The translations under genes were made by a program, and so were the position numbers. Under the pieces are notes generated by a model. That model was not told the origin of the DNA, made no database searches, and worked only from the letters and a program-made list of their open reading frames with translations. Shown here piece by piece: positions 17,054 through 25,924 of a stretch of DNA of 28,448 nt (positions are counted from its first letter, which is position 1; each line of letters opens with the position of its first letter). The DNA comes from Promethearchaeota archaeon (GTDB lineage: Archaea > Asgardarchaeota > Lokiarchaeia > Sigyniarchaeales > SOKP01): positions 1 to 28,448 of the forward strand of contig JBHLNT010000040.1 in NCBI GenBank assembly GCA_048941265.1. Reading direction: 5' to 3'.

Positions 17054-17809
17054 ATAAACATTGTTAAGATCATTGTCGATGGGTATGGCGGAGTAGGAAA
17101 AACGACCATGCTTAAAAAACTCGAATACGGAGTATTTGACCCAGAAACGAGATTAACGATCGGGATTGATTTTTTTGCTAAAAAAATAAACCTTTTTGGA
17201 CATAATGTAACCGCACAATTTTGGGATTTGGTCGGGGCGGCAAGATTTAATTTTTTACGGCCAATTTGCTATAAAGGAGCAAATTGCATTATTCTCGTTG
17301 CTGATCTCACACGACCGATAACTTTTGAGCGAATTGATTATTTTATTGATGTCGCTAAACAAGTGAATATAAAACCGAGTCAAATTATTCTTGCAGGAGC
17401 TAAAACTGATTTATATTATGAAAGAAGTGTAGACTCTTACTACTTATCAAATATTTTAGAGAAGCTTAATATATCAGAGTCAGTTGAAACTTCAGCAAGA
17501 AATAACCACAATTTAGATGAATTGTTTGAATTAGCAACTGCTTTGGCACTGTTTCATAAGGGAATGATTACTGAAAATGAATATATTTTTATTAAAGAAG
17601 AAATCAAACAAAGAATTCAAGAACCAATCCCTGAACCCTATGAAAAACTAATAAGAAAATGCTGGAAATGTGGAAAGTCTTTGTTCTTTCATGAGTTTTC
17701 CGATTCTAATAACAAAATCTATAGTGAAGATAGATTATTAGAATTATGGGAAAGTCCTTTTCTTGAATTTTTTTGCTGTGCCTGTTATAAAGAGTTGAAT
17801 TCCAAATAA
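17054..17809 (+). CDS. Rab/Ras-like small GTPase with a C-terminal Cys-rich (putative Zn) domain; start uncertain
   Basis: In-frame KIIVDGYGGVGKTT (G1, 17081-17104) lies upstream of the tracked ATG 17108. G2 is TIGIDF, G3 WDLVG, G4 GAKTD and G5 ETSAR. The C-terminus reads CWKC...CCAC. The start is placed tentatively at ATA 17054. Confidence 0.85.
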   Translation: MNIVKIIVDGYGGVGKTTMLKKLEYGVFDPETRLTIGIDFFAKKINLFGHNVTAQFWDLVGAARFNFLRPICYKGANCIILVADLTRPITFERIDYFIDVAKQVNIKPSQIILAGAKTDLYYERSVDSYYLSNILEKLNISESVETSARNNHNLDELFELATALALFHKGMITENEYIFIKEEIKQRIQEPIPEPYEKLIRKCWKCGKSLFFHEFSDSNNKIYSEDRLLELWESPFLEFFCCACYKELNSK

Positions 17810-17833
17810 AAAATTATTTAAAAATTAAACTTA

Positions 17834-18601
17834 TTAATGATTTAATATTTTTTTAACAATTTTTTTCATTTCAACCATACTTGGTGAATCATCTGATAGA
17901 TCTATTATTGCTTTGCCCTCTAAATCATAATTTGTGATGTTTTGATCGTCTGGAATTTGTCCTATGATAGGCAGATTCAATTCATCTAATTTTTCAAGTA
18001 TGATCTCTATATTACCCTTTACTTTATTAATAATAACTCCAATTTTTTTGTAGTTTGTAAACTTTTTAGCACTTTTTCTAATAGAATTAGCGGTTTCAAT
18101 ACTCCTTAAAGAGATATCAGATATAATAATAATGTAATCAACAGATTTCAAGACCATTCTATTTATTTGCTCAAGTCCCGCTTCACAATCAATTAAAATA
18201 AGTTCAAAATCTTTAGAAATTGATTCGATAACTTTTCGTAAAAGAGTATTGGAGGGGCAAAAACATCCAGGACCCTCTGGTTGCCCGATTGAAAACAAGC
18301 AAAAATTTTTACTTTCTGCCATCCCTTCATACACATCAAAATCAATTCTTTCTGCTAATTGTTGGGCATCTTCACTTTTTGTATGAGCTTTTTTCACTGC
18401 ATTAATTCTTATTTCTTCAAGACTTTTATCAGGTGTAAGTTTTACCATGCTACATAAATGAGGATGAGTAGGATCAGCGTCGATCAACAACATTTTTTTT
18501 TTATATGATTGAGTAATTATTTTTGCCATAAGAGTCGTGATTACAGTTTTACCAACACCTCCCTTTCCAGTTACGGCAATTGTTAATGGATTTTCTCTCA
18601 T
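17834..18601 (-). CDS. cooC: CooC/AcsF-type nickel-insertion ATPase
   Basis: Deviant Walker A GKGGVGKT, DADP, Ni-binding GCFC (CxC) and DCEAGLE. Confidence 0.88.
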   Translation of the reverse strand: MRENPLTIAVTGKGGVGKTVITTLMAKIITQSYKKKMLLIDADPTHPHLCSMVKLTPDKSLEEIRINAVKKAHTKSEDAQQLAERIDFDVYEGMAESKNFCLFSIGQPEGPGCFCPSNTLLRKVIESISKDFELILIDCEAGLEQINRMVLKSVDYIIIISDISLRSIETANSIRKSAKKFTNYKKIGVIINKVKGNIEIILEKLDELNLPIIGQIPDDQNITNYDLEGKAIIDLSDDSPSMVEMKKIVKKILNH

Positions 18602-18631
18602 TTCCTGTTTATTATTACATTTTTTAATTAT

Positions 18632-19396
18632 TTAATCTCCTAATTTATTTCTTTCTTCCAAAACTTCCTTTACTTCTTCACAAGTATCGTAATATGGACA
18701 AGCATCGCATTCCCAATCATAATCACAATCGATTCGTTTCTTCCATTTTTCTATTTTATCTTTCCATTTTGAATCAATATATTTTCGGATATCAGATGAG
18801 ATTTCTATAAATTCATTTATTGAATCCGGATAAGAATTAATTAGAATTATTTCCATAGTAGTAATTAATTCCTTAAATTTTTGTTTATACAAGTAAATCA
18901 TAGCTTTTCCAAGAAATTCAAAAGAGAATTTTTCAATTACATTTTCACTTATTCGACACCAAAATCTTCTTGGTATCGTGCGGATTAAGAATCCTTCAAT
19001 ACTACCAGAGATGAAACTAAGATGCCTAAGAGCATCAAAATCTTTTTCATCTATCTTTTTAGAACCGATTAATATGAAAATTCCAAAATCAATCGATTGA
19101 TCTGAAATTTCATTTATTTCTGGCCCAATTAAAGTAATTGTTCCATCTTGAATATACTCTAATTCATTAGAAGGATAAATTAATGAAAAAGATTTCTTAT
19201 CAATACCACCTAATTCGAGTTTTGTCTCTTCTTTTAAAATAATTTCCTTAAATTTATCTAATTCTACTCCAATTCTCATTTTTTTGAAAAAATCAGAGAG
19301 TTCAGAAGTTTTTTTATAAACGCTAACTTTCTTTCCAGTATTAGCTTCCCTTTCTATAAATTCTCTAATCTTACCTAGTACTTTTGAGTTTTCCAC
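18632..19396 (-). CDS. Truncated acetyl-CoA synthase (CdhC/AcsB)-like protein with a C-terminal Cys cluster
   Basis: LELGG, IQDGTITLIGPE, FWCRIS and FSFEFLGKAM match by eye the CdhC segment (VELGG, IEDxxVTxxGPD, WxRVS, SFExFGKA). The protein ends in CDYDWECDACPYYDTC. Confidence 0.72.
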   Translation of the reverse strand: MENSKVLGKIREFIEREANTGKKVSVYKKTSELSDFFKKMRIGVELDKFKEIILKEETKLELGGIDKKSFSLIYPSNELEYIQDGTITLIGPEINEISDQSIDFGIFILIGSKKIDEKDFDALRHLSFISGSIEGFLIRTIPRRFWCRISENVIEKFSFEFLGKAMIYLYKQKFKELITTMEIILINSYPDSINEFIEISSDIRKYIDSKWKDKIEKWKKRIDCDYDWECDACPYYDTCEEVKEVLEERNKLGD

Positions 19397-19460
19397 TATT
19401 TATTAGTAAGCTTTTTTGCTTTTTAAATTGCCTTATTTAATGTATAATTTAATATAATAA

Positions 19461-21386
19461 TCAATCAAATACTTCAAAGAGTACTCTTCCTTGGGAATCC
19501 TTTGGTTTAGGAATTTCAAGGCAATGTGCAAAAGTTGGAGCTAAATCAATTAGATCAACTTTATATTTCAATTCAATACCTTTTTTGATATTTGGACCTG
19601 ATATAATAAGTGGAACACTATTTGAGTAATTTCCAAACTTTTCATTAGGCAAATAATAAGCATGAGCTCCAAAACAGTTTTTTGCAGGATAGATAACAGG
19701 TTTTGCCATATATTTTGGCGAAATTTGAGATGGATTGAGTTGTTCTAATATTTCATCGTAAATTTGGTAAGGGGGATTTAAGAAATAGATAACATCTCCA
19801 ATTCTATCTCCATTTAATCCTAAGTAATCGGCCTCTTCCCTTTTAAGTGCAAGCTTTATGACCTTTTCTCCAGTTTCAGGATCTTTTAAATCATAGAGAA
19901 CTTCAATTATTTTATCTCTTATTGATTCAAAATCTGTAGAACTTACTATACCATAGGGATCCCTACCCTTTAAGTTTACCCAGATAAATGTAGGTTCCAC
20001 ATAAGGAAATGCATAACTATTTTTCCAGTCAACATAAAATTTATTTTGTGACTCATTCCTATTATAATTTAATAAATCGGCTTTCATTAAAACCGATGGA
20101 ATATTAACAATCTTCCATGCAGGCATAGCACCGTGATCAGAAACGAATATTGTAATTGTATTATGATCTACGCAAGAATTAAGTAGGTCCCCCACTAAAT
20201 CATCGATAATTTTATAAGCTATCCTAACATTTTTGCTCGCTCTTTCAAAGTTTTTTTCGGAAAATAGAGGTGAATTTTTATCTAAAAATGCTAATTCTTT
20301 GTGATTAACACTATCTAAAAGATGTACATGAAAGTAGCAGACATTCCAATTCACACGGTTTTTAGCATATTTGATCGCATTTCCTAACGTTAAGGCCTCT
20401 TTTCGAGCATAAGTTAAATAAGACTCTACTTTACCTTCAATTTTATACTCAATTTCTTGAATTTTTGGAGTAAGATCATAACTTATAACATTTTTAATTA
20501 GATCTTCACCTAATTCTTCAGGTTTCGTCCAACCTTTAGTATTATAAAATGAAGTGGTTTGAATTTTTATTGAGCTACCCATAGCAGAAAGTTCTAAGAT
20601 TTTAATTTTAAATAGACAAGGTAAAACGCCATAATTTGTAGAAATTTCTGATTTTATCCAATCACTCCAGCCATTTTTCTTAATTATTATCCATTGATTA
20701 TTTTTTTCATTAAGGATTGACAGAGAATCATAATTTTGACCAGTAGAACTAGTAATATACGAGGTTAAAACAGTTTTTTCAGGTGTGTTCACAGGAGTCA
20801 TATCAACACTTATTTGAAGTGGATCTTTTTTATTTTTAGGAATTTCGACATTATTCTTAACTTTCAAGATCCTTTTTAATAATATTTCTGAATCGCTTGA
20901 AAATTCGAAAAAAAGGGGGTGTGATATTACTCTTGGAAATGATTTATAAATTTGAAAGTCCCCAGTAAATTGCCATATGAGCAGACTCATAGCACCATTC
21001 TTAAAATTAGCTGGCCAGCCACTAGGGTAATTTATTACAAATGGAGTATAACCATTTCTATCTGCAACATCCCAAAGGTATTCTGCTTTGCAAAATCTCG
21101 ATAATTGAGTTCTGGATCTATGCTGTAAACCAAGCTCAAATGGATCTCCTGGAATATGTAAATAGAAACTGGTTGCCCCATGGACTGCCGTTGTTGCTCC
21201 CGTTGCTATTGTAGTCCAATTTGTGGGAGTATCGCAAGGAGGACAGGAATATCCCTCTGTATATACTCCATTCTCTAATAATTGGGAAATATTTGGCAGA
21301 ATACCTTCATTCAAAAATTTATTAAGAAGGTAAGGTATTGCTTGGTCGACTCCTATTAATAATAGCTTTTTCCGATTTGAATTCAT
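19461..21386 (-). CDS. Alkaline-phosphatase-superfamily nucleotide pyrophosphatase/phosphodiesterase
   Basis: IGVDQ, PCDTPTNWTTIATG (Thr nucleophile), DSVNH, VSDHG, VNLKGRDPYG, GAH and DLAPT. Confidence 0.85.
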   Translation of the reverse strand: MNSNRKKLLLIGVDQAIPYLLNKFLNEGILPNISQLLENGVYTEGYSCPPCDTPTNWTTIATGATTAVHGATSFYLHIPGDPFELGLQHRSRTQLSRFCKAEYLWDVADRNGYTPFVINYPSGWPANFKNGAMSLLIWQFTGDFQIYKSFPRVISHPLFFEFSSDSEILLKRILKVKNNVEIPKNKKDPLQISVDMTPVNTPEKTVLTSYITSSTGQNYDSLSILNEKNNQWIIIKKNGWSDWIKSEISTNYGVLPCLFKIKILELSAMGSSIKIQTTSFYNTKGWTKPEELGEDLIKNVISYDLTPKIQEIEYKIEGKVESYLTYARKEALTLGNAIKYAKNRVNWNVCYFHVHLLDSVNHKELAFLDKNSPLFSEKNFERASKNVRIAYKIIDDLVGDLLNSCVDHNTITIFVSDHGAMPAWKIVNIPSVLMKADLLNYNRNESQNKFYVDWKNSYAFPYVEPTFIWVNLKGRDPYGIVSSTDFESIRDKIIEVLYDLKDPETGEKVIKLALKREEADYLGLNGDRIGDVIYFLNPPYQIYDEILEQLNPSQISPKYMAKPVIYPAKNCFGAHAYYLPNEKFGNYSNSVPLIISGPNIKKGIELKYKVDLIDLAPTFAHCLEIPKPKDSQGRVLFEVFD

Positions 21387-21422
21387 TGAAAATCACTTAT
21401 AAGGTTTGAAAGAGGGAGTTAA

Positions 21423-22976
21423 TTAAAACTTAGCATTTTCTTTTAGATAGGTTTCTTTTGGGGCATAATTTACATCGTGAAAACCTAACCTTTGAATAAA
21501 ATCATTTAATCTAGTTAGAAAAGAATGATAATCCTTATTTTTCTTCAATGTCCACCCTGTTTCTGCCACTGCTATTAACCGCGGAAAGACTTGAAATTCT
21601 AAGTGTTTTTCATTTTTAACGTATTCGGTCCATAGACAAGCCTCAAGTCCTAATACTTTTTCATGAAATTTATTTTCTAACTCATCGGGAATAGGATTAT
21701 ACTCATAAGTCTGGATTAAGGGAGTTGTTGAATATTGAAAATTCAAATAAACCGCTTCCATTTCTGACATTACAATTTCTCTACCTTTTCTAGCATTTTC
21801 TAAAACAAAATCAAAATTTTCATTCCAATAATGGCAGATTGCATTGTCTACTAATTTATGGTTAAGAATTTCGTTCCAACCCATTAATCTATGCTCATTC
21901 GAAGCTAAATATTCTGCAATTCTATTTGTAAAATAAACTTGTAAGTCTTCTTCTGATTGAAGATCCTCCTTATTAACTCGAGCTTGACAAGAAATACACT
22001 CTTTCCATCGAGTTCGTGGGACTTCATCTCCTCCTATATGTATAATTTTAGAGGGAAAAAGCTCCATAACTTCTTTTAATACATCTTGGACGAAATTAAA
22101 TACTTTTTCTTTTCCTATACAAAGTACATCCTCAAAAATTCCAAAACGAGTACTTACTTCAAAAGGCCCACCTGTACAGCTCAATTCTGGATATGCTGCG
22201 AGTGCTGCAGTGACATGACCAGGAACGTCTATTTCAGGAATAATAGTTATAAACCTTTCAGATGCATATTCTATAATTTCTTTAATTTCATCCTGAGTAT
22301 AAGATCCTGATATAGGAATCCCGTCGAGTTTTTTTCGATTAACAAAAGTTCCTTTCCTTTTAGATCCAATTTCTATTAGACGGGGGTATTTCTTAATTTC
22401 AATTCGCCACCCTTGATCATCAGTTAAATGCCAATGAAATGTATTAAATTTTAAACTTGCCATAATATCAAGCAGTTTTTTTACATTCTCCTTTCCAAAG
22501 AAATGCCTTGACTCATCCAACATAAATCCCCGCCAATTAAACCGGGAAAAATCTTCAATCCTCACGCATGGAACAAACCATTCTCTATCTATCTTAGATA
22601 CGCTCTCAATTTCAACAGGCAATAATTGGCGGAGTGTTTGTATAGCATAAAAAACACCTTGGGGCATAGATCCTGTAATTTTTATCTTTTTCTGATCAAC
22701 TTCAAGTACATATCCTTCAGGATTTAGTAATCCTTCATTTTTCTCTATATTCAGTATAATTGTATTGCTCTCTTCATCTTTTTTACCTAAGTCTTTTACA
22801 ACCAATTCTAATCCAGTTGCTGGAGCTATAAGTCCCTTTAAATATTCTGCTAAGTATTTTAAAGATGGAGCGGTAACCAAAAGGGTATTACCATTAAGAA
22901 TAAAATTACCTTGTTTTATATCAATTCTCACTGGTTTAGGGATTATTGAGATAATATCATTTGATTTTGGTTCCAT
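21423..22976 (-). CDS. Beta-N-acetylhexosaminidase (GH20)
   Basis: IIPKP, WRGFMLDESRHF, HWHLTDDQGWR, PEIDVPGH, catalytic HIGGDE, LWTE and FPR. ATG 22976 is preferred over TTG 22994. No signal peptide. Confidence 0.93.
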   Translation of the reverse strand: MEPKSNDIISIIPKPVRIDIKQGNFILNGNTLLVTAPSLKYLAEYLKGLIAPATGLELVVKDLGKKDEESNTIILNIEKNEGLLNPEGYVLEVDQKKIKITGSMPQGVFYAIQTLRQLLPVEIESVSKIDREWFVPCVRIEDFSRFNWRGFMLDESRHFFGKENVKKLLDIMASLKFNTFHWHLTDDQGWRIEIKKYPRLIEIGSKRKGTFVNRKKLDGIPISGSYTQDEIKEIIEYASERFITIIPEIDVPGHVTAALAAYPELSCTGGPFEVSTRFGIFEDVLCIGKEKVFNFVQDVLKEVMELFPSKIIHIGGDEVPRTRWKECISCQARVNKEDLQSEEDLQVYFTNRIAEYLASNEHRLMGWNEILNHKLVDNAICHYWNENFDFVLENARKGREIVMSEMEAVYLNFQYSTTPLIQTYEYNPIPDELENKFHEKVLGLEACLWTEYVKNEKHLEFQVFPRLIAVAETGWTLKKNKDYHSFLTRLNDFIQRLGFHDVNYAPKETYLKENAKF

Positions 22977-23078
22977 AATATCCACTAATTTCAAGTATAA
23001 AGTTAATTTTGATTTAATTAAGGATTTAATTTTTAAAATTAATATTTTTCTCTTTAGACTATTAAATCTCTTTTTTTG

Positions 23079-23201
23079 ATGAATTCGACCTTTTTGAAAT
23101 TCATATGCTTTTCAAAGCTTTTAGCAAAAATTTTTGTCCTGATTGATTGCCTAAAGTGTGTTGAAATTTGTCCTGAACAGGCGATAAAAATAAAGATTTA
23201 A
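23079..23201 (+). pseudogene. 4Fe-4S ferredoxin remnant
   Basis: A 40-codon frame ending IDCLKCVEICPEQAIKIKI, which is CxxCxxCxxxCP lacking its first Cys. The N-terminal part is not ferredoxin-like. Confidence 0.55.
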
Positions 23202-23310
23202 CCACTTTTTTTCAAAAATAACGAAATAATAAGACGCAATAAAAAAATAAGAATAATTTTATAAAAAAAATTTTTAAAGCTATATATCGGGAAATGATTA
23301 AAAATGGGTA

Positions 23311-24387
23311 TTAATTTAAGATTTTTTGGCTAAATTGTCTAATTTTTTCTATTGCTTCTTTCGCCTCAGGAAGTATATTAAGTCCAAAACCCTGAAAAAC
23401 GTGAACCATATCATCCCATGTCTGTAATGTTATATCAACCCCAGCTTCTTTAGCTCTTTCATAAAACTTTTTAGCATGGCTATAGAGCATTTCGATTTTG
23501 CTTACTTGAATTAAAATTGGGGGTAAGTTTTTCAAATCAGCTAATGCTGGAGATATTAAAGGATTATTAAGATCTGCGTCTCCTGCATATGTAGGAATCC
23601 ACCAAAAAAGTCCAATATCTGCTAAAATAGGATCTGTTTCTCCATTTTGAAGAAATTCTTCATCGAGCGTTGAAAAATCAGTAGTTGGAGCAAGACAAAA
23701 TGCTCCTGCTGGTAGTTTAATTCCATGGTCTCTTAGCTTTATGAGGGTTGTAAGTGTATAATATCCCCCTGCAGAATCTCCTGCAATAATAATGTTTTCT
23801 GGTTTAACACCAGTCGATAATAACCATTTATAAGCAGCTACACAATCTTCCAGACCTGCAGGAAATGGATATTCAGGTGCCAAACGATAATCTACACTCA
23901 AAATACGCATTTTTAATGCTTGACCTAAAGCAACTGTTAGTAATCGTTGACTATTAGGTGAGCCCATAATCATACCGCCCCCATGAAAATATAACAAGAT
24001 ATTTTCCTTTATGGCATCGGGAACAGTTTGCCATTCCGCTGGGATACCTCCAATATCGATTTTCTCAATCTGTACATCTTTGGAGATTGGATTCTCTTTT
24101 TGATCAATATTAGCACTTTCTTCAAAAGCAAATCGGAGCATTTTGGCTAAAAATAGAACCTCATCATCTGTTAGTAAATTAAATAATTCCTCTACTTCTT
24201 CTTCGTTTTTTGCTTTAAAAAATCGTTCATTTCCCTCTTGAACTTTTTTCCAAAGGGATGGAAAATTTATTCCTTGATTCTCTTTTTGACTAAGAAATTT
24301 AGGAATGAGTTTCATTTGTCTCTTTTGGAGCTGATCAGCTAATTTGAGTACATCAGGTCGAATTTTCGATCTATTTAATATAGGCAT
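23311..24387 (-). CDS. Alpha/beta hydrolase, hormone-sensitive-lipase (HSL) family esterase
   Basis: HGGG oxyanion motif, DYRLAPE, GDSAGG nucleophile, NPLISP and HVF. Confidence 0.92.
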   Translation of the reverse strand: MPILNRSKIRPDVLKLADQLQKRQMKLIPKFLSQKENQGINFPSLWKKVQEGNERFFKAKNEEEVEELFNLLTDDEVLFLAKMLRFAFEESANIDQKENPISKDVQIEKIDIGGIPAEWQTVPDAIKENILLYFHGGGMIMGSPNSQRLLTVALGQALKMRILSVDYRLAPEYPFPAGLEDCVAAYKWLLSTGVKPENIIIAGDSAGGYYTLTTLIKLRDHGIKLPAGAFCLAPTTDFSTLDEEFLQNGETDPILADIGLFWWIPTYAGDADLNNPLISPALADLKNLPPILIQVSKIEMLYSHAKKFYERAKEAGVDITLQTWDDMVHVFQGFGLNILPEAKEAIEKIRQFSQKILN

Positions 24388-24396
24388 TATTAATAC

Positions 24397-24407
24397 TACC
24401 TCTAATA
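24397..24407 (-). promoter_or_regulatory. Shine-Dalgarno-like site (AGAGGTA)
   Basis: TATTAGAGGTA lies 9 nt upstream of ATG 24387. Confidence 0.55.
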
Positions 24408-24513
24408 ATTTAGAATTTATATCTATAAAATTGAATTAAGCAATTCGTTTATAATTATTTAATACTTTAAAAATCGGAAAAAAAAAAAGTAAGCAAATGT
24501 AAATTAAATTGAA

Positions 24514-25908
24514 ATGGTAGGATTCGAACAGATTTTTTATGCCAAATCTATTGCTGTGGTTGGGGCTTCGAATAATCCATCAAAAGCAGCTCATCAGATA
24601 ATTAGTACCATGCTTAAAGGAGGATATCGGGGCACTATCTATCCAGTTCATCCAAGAGAAAAAGATGTTTTAGGCTTAAAATGTTATCAATCAATATCTG
24701 AAATTGAAGAATCCCTCGATTTATTAGTAATTGGAGTGCCTGCAAAAGAAGTGTATAAAATATTTTTGGAAGCCTCTATTCGCGGAGATATTAAAGGAGC
24801 AGTAATTTTATCTGCTGGATTTAGTGAAACCGGTGATCCGGAATTAGTAGAATTAGAAGATAAAATTGTTCAAATCGCAAAAAAGGCAGGGATTAGAATA
24901 TTCGGCCCGAATTGCATTGGAATAATCAATACAGACATTAATCTTAGTACTAGTTTTGCCCCCGTTTCGAAAGTAGTAAATGGAAACGTTGGTTTTATCA
25001 CTCAAAGTGGTTCATTCGGAGGATCACTTCTTATGTTAGCCGAAGAATCACCTAAACCCTTAGGATTTAATAAATGGGCCCATGTGGGCAATATGTCAGA
25101 TGTATCGAATATCGAAATATTAGAGTATTTTGGAGCGGATCCTAAAATTTCTTCAATCGGTATGTATTTAGAAGGGCTCGCTCATGGAAAGGAACTTTTG
25201 AGAACAGCAAAAAAAATTACTCGAAATAAACCGATTTTTTTATTAAAAGTAGGAAAAACGGCATTAGGTTCAAGGGCTACCTTATCTCATACGGGTATTA
25301 TTGCGGGTTCTGATAAAGTTTATGATGCTGCATTTAAACAATCCGGAATAATAAGAGTAGATGATATGGAAGAATTATTTGACTCATTAAAAGCTTCTTC
25401 AATGCTCCCTAAACCTAAGGGCAATAAAATCTGTGTGTTAACAGAAGCAGGTGGTCCAGGAATAATTGCTATTGACGAAATTACAAAAGATAATTATTTG
25501 CAATTAGCACCAATCACAGAACATACAATAAACAAATTAAAAAAAATACTATATCCTATGGCAACGATATGTAAGCCAAATGGTTATATAGATATGACAG
25601 CAGCAGCTTTAGAAAAGGAACATGAAGGTTCATTAAGATTAGTATTGGAAGATTCTAATGTGGATAGTGTTGTTCTAATATCCTTACCTCCAACTTTCCT
25701 CCCTGCTCTCAATGTAGCTAAAAGTATTGCCGAAGTTATAAAGGATTCTGATAAACCTGTGATTGCTTGTTTTATGAAGGGAGAATCTATGCTTAAATCT
25801 AGAAGGTTTTTAGAAAATAATAACATTCCTACATTCGATACGCCTAGGAGAGCAGCCAGAGCCCTTGTAAATTTAACAAAAGCATCTAGCTTCTTAAAGG
25901 AAATATAA
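24514..25908 (+). CDS. acdA: Acetate/acyl-CoA ligase (ADP-forming) alpha subunit
   Basis: CoA-binding AVVGAS, SAGFSE, GPNCIG, QSG, GNMSD, phospho-His SHTG and AGGPG. Confidence 0.85.
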   Translation: MVGFEQIFYAKSIAVVGASNNPSKAAHQIISTMLKGGYRGTIYPVHPREKDVLGLKCYQSISEIEESLDLLVIGVPAKEVYKIFLEASIRGDIKGAVILSAGFSETGDPELVELEDKIVQIAKKAGIRIFGPNCIGIINTDINLSTSFAPVSKVVNGNVGFITQSGSFGGSLLMLAEESPKPLGFNKWAHVGNMSDVSNIEILEYFGADPKISSIGMYLEGLAHGKELLRTAKKITRNKPIFLLKVGKTALGSRATLSHTGIIAGSDKVYDAAFKQSGIIRVDDMEELFDSLKASSMLPKPKGNKICVLTEAGGPGIIAIDEITKDNYLQLAPITEHTINKLKKILYPMATICKPNGYIDMTAAALEKEHEGSLRLVLEDSNVDSVVLISLPPTFLPALNVAKSIAEVIKDSDKPVIACFMKGESMLKSRRFLENNNIPTFDTPRRAARALVNLTKASSFLKEI

Positions 25909-25924
25909 CTTTTGGTTGAAAGCT

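Noticed and set aside
19449-19463. TGA stop of the phosphodiesterase as Sec
   Set aside because: A TAA follows within four codons, the position is the normal family C-terminus, and there is no SECIS.
23135-23146. TGT CCT GAT TGA read as a CxxU motif
   Set aside because: No supporting homology or SECIS nearby. The ferredoxin motif in the other frame explains the local sequence.
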